A stretch of DNA of 58,517 nucleotides from Acidimicrobiia bacterium. Its GTDB lineage: Bacteria > Actinomycetota > Acidimicrobiia > Spongiisociales > UBA5794. A model generated the notes under the pieces. The model did no database searches. It was not told where the DNA came from and saw only the letters and a list, made by a program, of their open reading frames with translations. The position numbers and the translations under genes are program-made. Within the stretch, counting starts at the first letter, position 1, and each line of letters opens with the position of its first letter. This document shows, piece after piece, positions 25,408 through 38,704 of this stretch. The DNA lies in contig JABDJC010000083.1 of assembly GCA_013003395.1 (NCBI GenBank), positions 1 to 58,517 of the forward strand, given 5' to 3'.

Positions 25408-26565
25408 TCAGGCCGTGATCGAGCGTCGGAACCGCCAAGCCGCCAACAGGATCAGCACCGTCGCGAATCCGACGAGAACCGCCAACTCATTCAGAATGTC
25501 ACCGAATCCCGCGTCCTCTCGGATCAGTTCCGAGAACGCGTCGAGTGCCCACGCATGGGGCGTGACGTGTGCCACCTGCCGCATCGTCGGCGAGAAGATC
25601 TCCAGGGGCACCATGCATCCGCCGAGCGCCCCCAGACCGAGACCGAGGAACGTACCGATACCGCCGGCCTGCTCGTCGTTGGAGAACGTCGATCCGATGA
25701 GCATCGCGGCCCCCGTTCCGACGGCGGCGAACGCAACGATGACCGCAAGCGCCGCAGGCAGGTAACCCCAATCCACACCGAAAGCCAAGGCAGCAACGAC
25801 GGCGATGAACAAGCCTTGGGTGAGTGCCACCAGAAAGCGCCCGAGCGTCTCGCCGGCAACGACGGTGGTTGCCGAAGTCGGGGTCGACAGCATCCGCTTC
25901 GAAACGCCGAGTTTGCGGGAAAGGATCAGGGCGGCAGAGGCAGCGAGCGACGTGACGAACATGAACAGGACGAGATTCTGCGCCGCGCCCAAGTCGAAGG
26001 CCCCGACGGTCGCCATGGGGCTGGTGCTGTCGAGCTCGACTTCGACCTCGGCCACTCCCACACTCGCCGCGTCCACTACTGCGAGTGCTGCCGCAAGGTC
26101 GGGGGCCAAGCCTTCTTCGACCAGGAACCGACCGGCTCGAATCCGCGCAGCCTGATCATCGATGATTCCCTGAACGATGGCCTGCACTTCGAACCCGCTG
26201 CCAGAAGGACGCGCCAGATATTCGATCTCTGCTGCAACGCCGGCAGCGATCGTGCCGTCGAACGCCTCAGGAATGACCACCCCCAGCTCCAGTTCGCCAC
26301 GTTCGACCGCTTGCACCACCTCACCTCGATCCGTTAGCAGCGTCGTCTCGAACACGTCGACGGCCATCAACTCCTCGACGATCTCCATTTCGAACTCACC
26401 GTCGCCGACCGACAAGATGCCGAGGCGCGGCGTGATCCCGCTCCCGAACACGACGCCGATCACGACAATCAACATGGTGGGGAGCACGAAGACAAAGAAC
26501 AGGTTCAGGCGGTCTCGCATCAGGCGAACCACGCTGGTCTTGCCGATGGCAAAAACCTTCCTCAT
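25408..26565 (-). CDS. ABC-2 type transporter permease
   Basis: 385 aa. N-terminal TM helix, a large extracytoplasmic loop, then a 5-TM ABC-2 core. 4-nt overlap with the upstream permease. Confidence 0.8.
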   Translation of the reverse strand: MRKVFAIGKTSVVRLMRDRLNLFFVFVLPTMLIVVIGVVFGSGITPRLGILSVGDGEFEMEIVEELMAVDVFETTLLTDRGEVVQAVERGELELGVVIPEAFDGTIAAGVAAEIEYLARPSGSGFEVQAIVQGIIDDQAARIRAGRFLVEEGLAPDLAAALAVVDAASVGVAEVEVELDSTSPMATVGAFDLGAAQNLVLFMFVTSLAASAALILSRKLGVSKRMLSTPTSATTVVAGETLGRFLVALTQGLFIAVVAALAFGVDWGYLPAALAVIVAFAAVGTGAAMLIGSTFSNDEQAGGIGTFLGLGLGALGGCMVPLEIFSPTMRQVAHVTPHAWALDAFSELIREDAGFGDILNELAVLVGFATVLILLAAWRFRRSITA

Positions 26566-27746
26566 TGCAGACGCACCAGACGATTCGAGCGCGCCAACCC
26601 GATCCCACCGGTCACCACCCCGAATGCCAGGACCGCCGCAACTGCCGGCAAGATGTCCAGCAGCCCATCACCAGCAGCCAGATCGAGGAAGCCTCGCATC
26701 ATCCAGCGGTGCGGCGTGATGAGGCTTACTGCGCTCAACGCCCCAGAGGTGTTCGCAATCGGAAAGAACGTCCCACCGAGAAGACCGAGGACCACCGCGA
26801 CGATGCTCGTCCATCCGCCGGCCTGTTCTGAAGTCTTGACGAGGGTTGCAACGAGCGCAGTGACACCCATACCCGAGATCACGCCGGCGATGATCATGAC
26901 GATCACTCCCAATGGGTCGCCCCACTGTGCCCCCATGACTGCGGTCGTCGTGAGCCACAACACCACCATGCTCGCGATACCGAGAACGAGCGCGGCGGCA
27001 ACCTTGCCGGCGATGATCGTCCATCGCTTGATCGGTGCGGCCAGGAGCCGAGAGAGCGTTCCGTTCTTGCGCTCGTCGAGCAGGCTCAAGACGCCGAACT
27101 GAATCGTGAAGTACACGAAGAAGACCGCAATGCCGATGGCGTAGAACGTCTCGAAACCGACCAAGCCGTCGTCTGCGGTTTCGGTGTCGGCAATGACGAT
27201 GGGTGCCGGAATCCCTGCAGCTCTTTCGGCTATGGATACAAGAGCTGCAGCAGACAGCGATGGCTCCGAGGCCGCGACGGCACCAACCGCCAGCTGCACG
27301 GCGTTCACCTCTGCGGCGAACCCACGGGCTATGGCCTCCACCACCTGCGATCCTATGGGGCGGTTCTCGTTCGGAAGAACCCGCAGCGAACCTCCTCGGC
27401 CTTGCGTAACGGATTCGGAGAAGCCCTCATGCAGGACAACGACAGGGCCGATCTCGTCGTCAGCGACCATTTGCTCAGCTCTGTCGACGTTGTCCACGAC
27501 CGAGACGTCCAACAGCCCGGATGCTTCGATGCTCGCCAATACGCCTCGGAACGCCTCACTCAACGTACCTTGGTCGAGATCGACGATGCCCATGTCGATC
27601 TCGAGTTGCTGGTCCGCAACCCCGCCAATCGACGCATTCAGTATGAACGCCAGACCAAACGGCACCAGGACAGCAACGATCCATGCCGACTTGTCACGCA
27701 GACGCTGTTTCAGGTCCTTGGCTGCGATGACCAGCACAGCGCCCAT
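26562..27746 (-). CDS. ABC-2 type transporter permease
   Basis: 394 aa with the same architecture as its neighbour. Its start shares one nt with the stop of the ATPase gene. Confidence 0.8.
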   Translation of the reverse strand: MGAVLVIAAKDLKQRLRDKSAWIVAVLVPFGLAFILNASIGGVADQQLEIDMGIVDLDQGTLSEAFRGVLASIEASGLLDVSVVDNVDRAEQMVADDEIGPVVVLHEGFSESVTQGRGGSLRVLPNENRPIGSQVVEAIARGFAAEVNAVQLAVGAVAASEPSLSAAALVSIAERAAGIPAPIVIADTETADDGLVGFETFYAIGIAVFFVYFTIQFGVLSLLDERKNGTLSRLLAAPIKRWTIIAGKVAAALVLGIASMVVLWLTTTAVMGAQWGDPLGVIVMIIAGVISGMGVTALVATLVKTSEQAGGWTSIVAVVLGLLGGTFFPIANTSGALSAVSLITPHRWMMRGFLDLAAGDGLLDILPAVAAVLAFGVVTGGIGLARSNRLVRLQ

Positions 27747-28705
27747 CAGTCGCGCAGCGCCTTGCCGGTGAGATGAAGGAACACGGCCTCGAGGTCTGGC
27801 TCGTAGATGTCAACCCCGGTGACGGTCGCTCCTGCCGCCACCGCTGCCGCCAACATCTCCGCCAGCCGAGCCGAAGCCGACTCGACCACCACTTGGATCG
27901 AACCGTCTCCTGGAGTTGCATCGTCTACTCCCGCCAGGCCACGCAGCGCCGTCGCCGCCGCGGCGAGATCGCCACTTGCAGCGAGTTCGACTCGATCGCG
28001 CTCACCGACGAGCGCGACGAGTTCTCGACGCGTCCCCTCGGCGACGATACGGCCCTCGTCGATGATGCCGACACGATCGCACAGCCGCTCTGCCTCCTCC
28101 ATGTAGTGCGTCGTGTACAACACCGCCATGCCGTCTGCGCCCAACCGTTCAACGGACGTCAAGATCGCGTTGCGGCTCTGCGGATCAACGCCGACAGTTG
28201 GCTCATCCAGAATCAGCAGCTCAGGCGAGTGCAGGAGTCCGATACCGATGTTGAGCCGGCGTTTCATACCGCCCGAGTACTCATCGGTCCGATCGTCGCG
28301 TCGGTCTATGAGGCCCACGATCTCGAGCACTTCGTCTACCCGTTGCGCCAACGCGTTCGAACCGATGCCGTACAACTTGCCAAAGAACATCAAGTTCTCC
28401 GCAGCCGTCAGATCCGGATAGATCGCCAGCTCTTGTGGAACGAGGCCGACGGCTCGCTTGGCTTCAACCGTCGTCGTCGTGACCGGCTGACCGGAGACAG
28501 AAACCGATCCCGCATCTCGCTCGAGAAGGCCTGCGATGATCGAAATCGACGTGGTCTTGCCTGCGCCGTTCGGACCGAGGAGCCCATACGTCTCGCCGCG
28601 CTCGATGTGAAATCCGACGCCGTCGACGGCAACGCGATCCCCAAAAGTCCGTCGCAGGTCGGCACAAACAAGAACCGGCACGGGCTGACTGTTGTCCCCC
28701 ATCAA
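27746..28705 (-). CDS. ABC transporter ATP-binding protein
   Basis: Walker A GPNGAGKTT, signature YSGGMKRRL, Walker B LLILDEPT. Confidence 0.92.
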   Translation of the reverse strand: MMGDNSQPVPVLVCADLRRTFGDRVAVDGVGFHIERGETYGLLGPNGAGKTTSISIIAGLLERDAGSVSVSGQPVTTTTVEAKRAVGLVPQELAIYPDLTAAENLMFFGKLYGIGSNALAQRVDEVLEIVGLIDRRDDRTDEYSGGMKRRLNIGIGLLHSPELLILDEPTVGVDPQSRNAILTSVERLGADGMAVLYTTHYMEEAERLCDRVGIIDEGRIVAEGTRRELVALVGERDRVELAASGDLAAAATALRGLAGVDDATPGDGSIQVVVESASARLAEMLAAAVAAGATVTGVDIYEPDLEAVFLHLTGKALRD

Positions 28706-28741
28706 CTGGCCTCCTCCATCCCTCGAATGTACCAGAAGCTG

Positions 28742-29797
28742 TCAGTCCTCCACGAGGAACGACCGCATGGTTTCAAAGGCGTCGTGGAGGTGTTGGATCG
28801 GCACGTGCTCACTTGCCTGATGCGCCTGAGCGACGATGCCGGGCCCATAGTTGACCGCACTGACGCCTCTCGAGGTCAGTCGAGCTACATCTGTCCAGCC
28901 TTGTTTGGCGGTCCGTGTCGCTCCGGAAATGCGCTCCAAGCGTGAGTAGTGCTCGTTTTCGACGTCGATTTCGCCGGCCGGCGCCCGGTCCGTGATGGTG
29001 ACGCGGTCGGCTCCCTCCGCCGTGGTCCGGAGACGGCGCTCGGCTTCGTCCATCGAATACAGCGGCGGGAATCGATAGTTCAGATTCAGTTCGAAGTCGG
29101 CAGGAATCACATTGTTGGCGATGCCTCCTGCTGCACGGGTAACGGAGAAGACCTCCCGGAACTCGAGTCCTGCGATGTCGACAGAGCGTGGCTCCAGTTG
29201 ATGGAATCGGTCCAGCCAGCTCCCCGCTTTGGTGATGGCGTTCTCTCCAAGCCACGGGCGGGCGCTGTGCGCCGCACTCCCCTGGAACCCCACAGTCGCA
29301 TTCATCGCGCCGTTGCAGCCGAGTTGGAGTTCCAGATCCGTTGGCTCCATCACGACTGCGAGAGCCGAATCCTCCAACCATGGCGCGGCATCGAGCACGT
29401 CTTCCAGGCCGTTGTCGGCCATCGGACCCTCTTCTTTGTCATAGAAGACGCCAACAACGTCATAAGGACCGGCGGCAATCTCTGACTCCTCGAGGAGGTG
29501 GATCATCACCGCCAGTCCGGCCTTCATGTCGCTGGCGCCGAGCCCGTGGATCATGGCCCCGTCTCTTCGGGGCGTCAGATTGCCGTTCTGCTCCGGCACG
29601 GTGTCGAGATGTCCGTAGAGCGTGATCAGTGGCTTCTCGCTCCGCTTGCCGACGATGAGGCTGTTACCGACCCGATGCACTCCATCGAATCCGTGAACCG
29701 GAAGCAGGCGCTCGGCGATGGCCGTGCACAGGCGACCCTCTTGCCCAGTCACGGAGCTGGTAGCTATCAGGTCGACCAGCGTGTTCGACAGACTCAA
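28742..29797 (-). CDS. dapE: Succinyl-diaminopimelate desuccinylase (M20 peptidase)
   Basis: M20 pattern (GHLDTVP, metal-binding D/E residues, C-terminal GPG...AHxxxE). Start inferred as the TTG at 29797, overlapping the dapD stop. The ORF-track N-terminal extension lies inside dapD. Confidence 0.8.
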   Translation of the reverse strand: MSLSNTLVDLIATSSVTGQEGRLCTAIAERLLPVHGFDGVHRVGNSLIVGKRSEKPLITLYGHLDTVPEQNGNLTPRRDGAMIHGLGASDMKAGLAVMIHLLEESEIAAGPYDVVGVFYDKEEGPMADNGLEDVLDAAPWLEDSALAVVMEPTDLELQLGCNGAMNATVGFQGSAAHSARPWLGENAITKAGSWLDRFHQLEPRSVDIAGLEFREVFSVTRAAGGIANNVIPADFELNLNYRFPPLYSMDEAERRLRTTAEGADRVTITDRAPAGEIDVENEHYSRLERISGATRTAKQGWTDVARLTSRGVSAVNYGPGIVAQAHQASEHVPIQHLHDAFETMRSFLVED

Positions 29798-30603
29798 ACC
29801 ATCACTCCGAACTCTCGAAGCGCCTCGTTCAAAGACGTGCGATCGTCCGTCGAAGCGGATCGCTGACCGATGATGTACGCGCACTGCAGGTTGAAGGTCC
29901 CGGCTGCAAATTCTCTCGGTCGAGTGCCCGGAACCACGATCGATCGCGCCGGCACCCGACCTCGGTACTCGACTGGCTCGTCACCAGTGACGTCGTAGAT
30001 CGGGATCGAGGCCGTGATGGTGACGTTTGCGCCCAGTACTGCGCCTTCCTCGATCAGCGCTCCTTCGGTGATGATGCAACGGCTCCCTATGAACGCACCG
30101 TCTTCGACGATCACCGGCCGGGCGTTGAGCGGTTCCAGCACGCCGCCGATACCGACGCCCCCAGACAGGTGCACATTCCGGCCGATCTGAGCACACGATC
30201 CGACCGTTGCCCACGTGTCCACCATGGTTCCGGAACCAACGTGTGCGCCGAGGTTGACGTAACCCGGCATCACGACGACGCCTGGTTCGCAGAAGGCGCC
30301 GTATCGGACCGTTCCAGGTGGTACGACACGGATACCGGCCTCGGCCAGGTTGCGCTTGGTCGGGATCTTGTCGTGATACTCGAAGGCGCCGAGTTCGATG
30401 GTCTCCAGCTTGGCGATGCGGAAATAGAGGAGGATCGCCTGCTTCACCCACTCGTTGACGATCCACGCGCCATCGACCTTCTCGGCGACTCGAATCTCTC
30501 CTTTGTCCAGCCGAGCCAGGGTTCGCTCGACTGCCTCCGTGGCGTCATCGAGCAACGACAGATCGCCGTACGCCGCGCTTATCAGCTGATCGTCCGTAGA
30601 CAC
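29794..30603 (-). CDS. dapD: 2,3,4,5-tetrahydropyridine-2,6-dicarboxylate N-succinyltransferase
   Basis: 269 aa, collinear with my memory of E. coli DapD (RVAEKVDG.W..N.W.K.A.LL.F; GTMVDTWATVGSCAQIG.NVHLSGGVGIGGVLEP). Confidence 0.92.
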   Translation of the reverse strand: MSTDDQLISAAYGDLSLLDDATEAVERTLARLDKGEIRVAEKVDGAWIVNEWVKQAILLYFRIAKLETIELGAFEYHDKIPTKRNLAEAGIRVVPPGTVRYGAFCEPGVVVMPGYVNLGAHVGSGTMVDTWATVGSCAQIGRNVHLSGGVGIGGVLEPLNARPVIVEDGAFIGSRCIITEGALIEEGAVLGANVTITASIPIYDVTGDEPVEYRGRVPARSIVVPGTRPREFAAGTFNLQCAYIIGQRSASTDDRTSLNEALREFGVMV

Positions 30604-31736
30604 TTCTGAACCACCTCCACCGCTTGTTCACACTGCTCGATGGTCGGCACCAGGGCCAACCTGATGAATCCTTCACCACCTGGCCCGAAGGCCCTGCCGG
30701 GGGAAACGACCACTCCGCCGTCGAGCAACGCGTGGGTCACCGCCAAGTCGTCTTGCACCTGCAGCCAGAGATAGAGTCCGGCACGCGAGGCAACCGTTGG
30801 GATTCCGATCTCTTCGAATGCCGGGCGCAGCACGGCTCGTTTCGCGGCAAATATTTCGCGTCGCTCGGCGGCGTGCTCGTCGTCGGACCAGGCGGCAGCT
30901 GCAGCGAGTTGCACGAACTCGGGCGAGGCCGTGCCCGTGGTTGAACGCAGGCGTCCGAGGGCGGCGATCGCCCTGGCATCGCCGACGATCGCCCCAGAGC
31001 GATAGCCGGTCATCCCCGACCGTTTCGAGCACGAAAAGTAGGCCAACACGCCTTCGAAGTCCGGACCGGCCACTTGAAGTGTGGAGGATGGCGGTTCGTC
31101 CTCGTATACGTCGACGTAACACTCGTCGGCACACAACAACGTGTCCGACTCACGGGATCGGTTGACGAGGTCGACGAGATCCTGCCGAGATGCGATGGCG
31201 CCTGTCGGGTTGTGCGGTGAACAGGTCCAGAGCATCCGTGCCCGGTTCCAAACCTCATCGGGTACGTCGCCGGCGCGAAGAACAAAGTCGCCTGAGAGCA
31301 CGATCGGATCCACGGAGGCACCGGCGAACCGGGATCCGCGCTCGTAGACCGGATACCCAGGCGTCCCGTACGCAACGCTGTCACCAGGCTGTACGAATGC
31401 GAATGGGGTGTTGAAGATCGACTCTTTGGACCCTGACGTCGGGATCACTTGGCTGGCGGGGTCGACGTCGACGTCGAAGCGTCGACCGAGGTAGTCGGCG
31501 ATCGCTCCTCGGAGCTCGGGGAGTCCCACAGCCGTCGGGTATTGCGAAACGGCCGGGATGGCGGCTCTGATCGTGTCCCTGATGAAGAGGGGCGTTTCTT
31601 CTCGAGGATCCCCGATCGAGAAGTCGATGACGTCTACACCATTCGCGGCGAGTGTTCTCGCTCGCGACTTGATCTCTTCGAGTGGGTACGTCCCCAGTTC
31701 ATCGAGGACAGGGTTCAGTCGCATGGGTGTCATCAC
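30582..31736 (-). CDS. dapC: PLP-dependent aminotransferase, probable succinyldiaminopimelate aminotransferase
   Basis: 384-aa class I aminotransferase (SCSKRSGMTGYRSG contains the PLP lysine). Function inferred from its operon position upstream of dapD-dapE. Confidence 0.75.
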   Translation of the reverse strand: MMTPMRLNPVLDELGTYPLEEIKSRARTLAANGVDVIDFSIGDPREETPLFIRDTIRAAIPAVSQYPTAVGLPELRGAIADYLGRRFDVDVDPASQVIPTSGSKESIFNTPFAFVQPGDSVAYGTPGYPVYERGSRFAGASVDPIVLSGDFVLRAGDVPDEVWNRARMLWTCSPHNPTGAIASRQDLVDLVNRSRESDTLLCADECYVDVYEDEPPSSTLQVAGPDFEGVLAYFSCSKRSGMTGYRSGAIVGDARAIAALGRLRSTTGTASPEFVQLAAAAAWSDDEHAAERREIFAAKRAVLRPAFEEIGIPTVASRAGLYLWLQVQDDLAVTHALLDGGVVVSPGRAFGPGGEGFIRLALVPTIEQCEQAVEVVQKCLRTIS

Positions 31737-31788
31737 CGCGCCACGCTAGTGCAGGCGTCGGGCGGCGAGCGCCGTATGATCCCGCCGA

Positions 31789-32184
31789 ATGACCTCGCCG
31801 CTCAACTCTCAGTCGGTCAACCGCCTACGCATCGCCGCAGCGCTGTTCGGCGTGGCATTCGCGTTCGCCGTTGTCGCCGTTGTGGTGTTCCTCCCAGGCG
31901 GTGACCGATCGGGTCCCCCTCCTGCAATCCTGTCAGCCCAACCTGCCGACGGTGCGGTGGTCACCGATGCGGACCCGATCGAGATTCGCCTCGCCGACGG
32001 TGTCGAGGCCGTGATGTTCCTCGACGGAGTCCAGCTGGAGTTGCCTGGAACCTCAGGACTATTGACCTGGCAACCCGGACCGGGACAGCAGTACGAGACG
32101 TGGCCGTCTGGAATCCACACGGTCGAAGTGCGTTTCACTGCTGGAACCGCCGGGGTGTACCGGTTCACGTTCAGCACGCCGTAG
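31789..32184 (+). CDS. Hypothetical membrane-anchored protein
   Basis: 131 aa with one N-terminal TM helix followed by a beta-rich domain. Confidence 0.5.
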   Translation: MTSPLNSQSVNRLRIAAALFGVAFAFAVVAVVVFLPGGDRSGPPPAILSAQPADGAVVTDADPIEIRLADGVEAVMFLDGVQLELPGTSGLLTWQPGPGQQYETWPSGIHTVEVRFTAGTAGVYRFTFSTP

Positions 32185-32204
32185 GCGACGGACATCGACG
32201 ATTC

Positions 32205-34779
<2,575 letters not shown>

Positions 34780-34783
<4 letters not shown>

Positions 34784-35847
34784 TCGCGTATCGAAGCCGT
34801 GATCGTCCCGCCGCCCAAGACTTCATCCCCACGATAGAACACTGCGGCCTGGCCCGGAGCAACCGAGGAGTGCGGTTTGCCGAACGTCACCACCCAATCG
34901 TCCCCATCACGCTCCAACCGAGCTGGGACCGCGGGGCTTCGATAGCGGATCTTCACGTCGACATTCATGTCGTCGGGGGGTCGATCGGCGACGAACGACA
35001 CCTCTTCCACTCTGCATCCGGTGGCGAGCAACCGTTCCTTGCGCCCGATCACGACGGTTGAAGTAGCAGGCTCGATGTCGACGACGTAACGCGGTTCGCC
35101 TACCGCCACGCCAAGTCCCTTGCGTTGTCCGACGGTGAAATCCGCCGTGCCGGCGTGCGTCGTGACGGTGTCCGAATCGAGGTCCCGCATGGTCCCAGGG
35201 TGGGCCGAATCGGGGAAGTGCTCACGCAGAAAGTCCCGGTAATCCCCAGTGCCGACGAAGCACAGGTCTTGGCTGTCGGGCTTCGACGCCGTCCGCAGAC
35301 CCAGGCGTTCGGCGTGGACTCGCACGTCGGCTTTGGTCATCTCTCCGACGGGGAGCACAACCCGTGACAACGCGTCTTGCCCAAGCATGTGCAGCACGTA
35401 GGACTGGTCCTTCGATCCGTCGAAACCCTTGCGGAGATGAAACCCGGTCGCGTCCTGCGTGACCCGAGCGTGATGGCCGGTCACCAGCACGTCACAGTCG
35501 AGTTGCTCCACCCTGTCCAACATGGCCTTGAACCGGACGCGCCTGTTGCACTCGATACACGGATTCGGCGTCAGGCCGGCCCGATACATCTCGCCGAACC
35601 GGTCCACGACAGCGCTCTTGAATTCCTCGACGTAGTCCAACACGTAGTACGGCACATCCAGCTGCGCTGCGACGCGGCGGGCGTCTTCGGCGTCACCAAC
35701 CGTGCAACAGCCGGCCTCCGGCAGCGATCCGTCTGGACCTTCCCACTGTTTGAGCGTGACCCCGACGACGTCGTGGCCCGCTTCGAGCATCAGCGCCGCT
35801 GCCACCGACGAGTCGACTCCGCCAGACATCGCCACCAACGCCCTCAT
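34780..35847 (-). CDS. mnmA: tRNA 2-thiouridine(34) synthase
   Basis: MRALVAMSGGVDSSVAA PP-loop. ATG at 35847 overlaps the cysteine desulfurase stop (ATGA). Confidence 0.92.
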
Positions 35848-36989
35848 GCCACTCGCTCCATGGCGTTGAGCACCGCTGCCACCTCGTGAGCGGCAGCCGC
35901 ACCATCGGAAGCTTCGTCGACCCAACCGAAGGAGAATCGAACACACTCGCCGGCAGCAACGTCGTCGAAGCCCATGGCTTCGAGTACGTGGGAGATGTCG
36001 ATGGCCCCTGACTGGCAGGCAGATCCGGCTGCGGCACAGATCCCTGCCTGGTCGAGACGGATGAGCAACGTCTCGGCCGATATGCCTGGAAAGCGAACGT
36101 GCGAGTGTTGCACCAGACGCTGCGCGGTGTTCCCGTTCACCACGAGACCTGGGACCACTCGGGAGAGCTCGGCTTCGAAGCCGTCACGGGCCTCGCCGAC
36201 TCGCTTGCGGAACGCGTCACGATCGGCGACGGATGCCTCCATTGCAGCCACCATTCCGACGATGCCGGCCACGTTGTGCGTGCCCGATCGGCGACCCATC
36301 TCCTGCCCGCCTCCATGGATCGTCGGCTCCAGTTTGTGTCCGGTACGGACGTAGAGCAGCCCAACACCCTGCGGACCTCCGAACTTGTGCGCCGCTAGTG
36401 AGATGAGATCGGCGCCTGTGCTCTGCACCGTGATGTCTTCGGATACGAACGCCTGCACGGCGTCGGTGTGCACGGCCACTTCCGGGAACTCTGCTCGCAT
36501 CAGCTCGGCGATTTCGCGCACCGGCTGAATCGTTCCGACTTCGTTGTTGGCCGCCATCACCGACACGACAGCGGTCTCCGAGTCCGTCTCCGCCAAGAGA
36601 TCTTCCGCCCGCACCATGCCTGTGCTGTCGACGCCGACAATGGTGCAGCTGCCGCCGAGTTTCGCCACAAATGCTCCGGCCTCGAGCACGGCCTCGTGCT
36701 CGACCGCCGTGGTGATCACTCCGCGAGGGCGGTCGCCTGCGAGCGCCGAGCCCGCTACTGCGAGGTTGTCAGCTTCCGTTCCGCCACCGGTGAAGACTAT
36801 TTCGAGAGGTCGTCTGGCCCCGAGAAGCTCGGCAGCCCGCTCCCGAGCTTCCTCCATCGCGTTCTTGACCGAGCGCGCCGCGGAATGGATTCCAGACGCG
36901 TTTCCGAACCGCTCGGAGAGGAACGGTTCCATCGCCGCTCGAGATTCGGGACGGATGAACGTGGTTGCTGCATGGTCGAGGTATCGCAT
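35844..36989 (-). CDS. Cysteine desulfurase (NifS/IscS class)
   Basis: MRYLDHAATT..., AHKFGGPQGVG (PLP lysine) and the active-site loop SAGSACQSG. Confidence 0.9.
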   Translation of the reverse strand: MRYLDHAATTFIRPESRAAMEPFLSERFGNASGIHSAARSVKNAMEEARERAAELLGARRPLEIVFTGGGTEADNLAVAGSALAGDRPRGVITTAVEHEAVLEAGAFVAKLGGSCTIVGVDSTGMVRAEDLLAETDSETAVVSVMAANNEVGTIQPVREIAELMRAEFPEVAVHTDAVQAFVSEDITVQSTGADLISLAAHKFGGPQGVGLLYVRTGHKLEPTIHGGGQEMGRRSGTHNVAGIVGMVAAMEASVADRDAFRKRVGEARDGFEAELSRVVPGLVVNGNTAQRLVQHSHVRFPGISAETLLIRLDQAGICAAAGSACQSGAIDISHVLEAMGFDDVAAGECVRFSFGWVDEASDGAAAAHEVAAVLNAMERVA

Positions 36990-37079
36990 GACTGCCACAT
37001 TGTCGCAGGATCCCGGAGGCACTCCAGTCGGGAGCCATCGCAGAGCGCCCAGCTCACCTGACCTCGAGGTCTCGATCGA

Positions 37080-38216
37080 TCACGGCACGTCGCCAGTGGT
37101 AGCTGCGAGAAACCGTAGGAGCACTTCCTCGTATCGGACGGGATCACGATTCCACGAGTAGAGATGGCCGGTGTCGGTCTGCTCCAACGTCACCAGATCA
37201 GGAATCGCCGCCGCCATCGCCTCGGACACTTCGATCGGCGCGATCTCGTCCTCGGTGCCGTGGAAGATCAAGATCGGCACGTCGAACTCGGCTGCCCGCT
37301 CGACCTGATCGAGCCTCGCCCAATCGATGTTGAACCGAAGCGAGACGAGGCGTTTGGCAAACGACCGGAACACAGAAGGAACGTTCCGCCGCTCGAAGAT
37401 CTCGTCGGCGACGGTCTCCAGTGACAAGACCGGCGAATCGAACACGACGGAGCGAACGAGACCCACCTTCTCGGATTCATGAAGCAACGTCGAGATGATC
37501 TCGGCCCCACCCGAATGCCCGATCAACACGAAGTCTTCGGCCCCCTGCAACAGCCCGAAGTCCATTGCGGCTTCGATGTCTCGCCATTCGCTGAGTCCCC
37601 AGGATCTGAATCCGGATTCCGATCGAGGCGCGTTGTCGTCATTGCGATACGTGGCGGCGAGGATCGGCATTCCTGTCTCGCGTAGCGCCGGCAAGGACCG
37701 CAACACTTGCCGGCGTTCGTCGACTCCCTTGCCGTGAACAAAGATCACCCACGTCGTACTACGACCCGGAACCAGCCAGGCGGGGAAGAACCCGACATCA
37801 CCGCTCACGACCACGTCCTCGAATGCCACGCCGTGTGCCTCCAGGGGGTCACCTGCAAACGCGTACGCGTCCATCGCCACGCGATCACCGGCGACGAACT
37901 CTCCATCGAATTCACGCAGGATCCGCTCGACTCGATCGTCGGTGACGCTGGCCACTGTCGACACTTGCCCATACGCGGTTGGGCTTGCCAGACCCCAGAT
38001 GCCTTCGGTTTCTGACAGGTCGGTGCGACTCAGCACCACCCGCCCACTGCCCACCGCGAGAACGTCCAAGTCGGGAACGACGGGAGCAGCATGGGGAACG
38101 AGCAATTCGTCGCGCAACACGTTCGACGCCCACCAGCCACCACCGACGGCCACCAACAGACTCAGGACAATGAGCACGACGAGTACCGGCTGACCTACCT
38201 GTCGCAGCTTGCTCAT
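37080..38216 (-). CDS. Membrane-anchored alpha/beta hydrolase
   Basis: N-terminal TM helix and a GHSGG nucleophile elbow. Start is either 38216 or 38252. Confidence 0.75.
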   Translation of the reverse strand: MSKLRQVGQPVLVVLIVLSLLVAVGGGWWASNVLRDELLVPHAAPVVPDLDVLAVGSGRVVLSRTDLSETEGIWGLASPTAYGQVSTVASVTDDRVERILREFDGEFVAGDRVAMDAYAFAGDPLEAHGVAFEDVVVSGDVGFFPAWLVPGRSTTWVIFVHGKGVDERRQVLRSLPALRETGMPILAATYRNDDNAPRSESGFRSWGLSEWRDIEAAMDFGLLQGAEDFVLIGHSGGAEIISTLLHESEKVGLVRSVVFDSPVLSLETVADEIFERRNVPSVFRSFAKRLVSLRFNIDWARLDQVERAAEFDVPILIFHGTEDEIAPIEVSEAMAAAIPDLVTLEQTDTGHLYSWNRDPVRYEEVLLRFLAATTGDVP

Positions 38217-38272
38217 CGGGACCGATGGTACCGACGCGGTTGCAGCTCGCATCGCCGTAAGGTGGCTGCACT

Positions 38273-38704
38273 ATGAGTCGAATCACGGTCAGTATCGACA
38301 TCGACGCCCCGCGTCAGCGGGTTTGGGACGAGATCGCCGTCCTGGAGAGCCATGTGGAATGGATGGCGGACGCCGAGCGCATCGATTTCCTGACCGAGAG
38401 TCGTTCTGGCGTTGGCACTCGAATGGAAGTCCTCACGGTGGTTGGGCCGTTGAAGACGACGGACGTCATGGAGTTCACCGCGTGGGACCCGCCAGAGCGG
38501 ATGGCGATTCGACATCAAGGCATCGTCACCGGTGTCGGCGAATTCAGACTTACGGAGCTCGACGGCGCCAGAACCCGCTTCACCTGGGACGAGGAGCTCA
38601 CGTTTCCATGGCACCTCGGCGGTGCCGTGACTGCAACGTTCGCAGCACCGGTGCTCCGCCGCATCTGGATGAGGAATCTCAAGAAACTTCGAGCTCGCTT
38701 CTAG
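38273..38704 (+). CDS. SRPBCC (START/polyketide cyclase-like) family protein
   Basis: 143 aa. ITVSIDIDAPRQRVWDEIAVLESHVEWM is typical of the family. Confidence 0.75.
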   Translation: MSRITVSIDIDAPRQRVWDEIAVLESHVEWMADAERIDFLTESRSGVGTRMEVLTVVGPLKTTDVMEFTAWDPPERMAIRHQGIVTGVGEFRLTELDGARTRFTWDEELTFPWHLGGAVTATFAAPVLRRIWMRNLKKLRARF

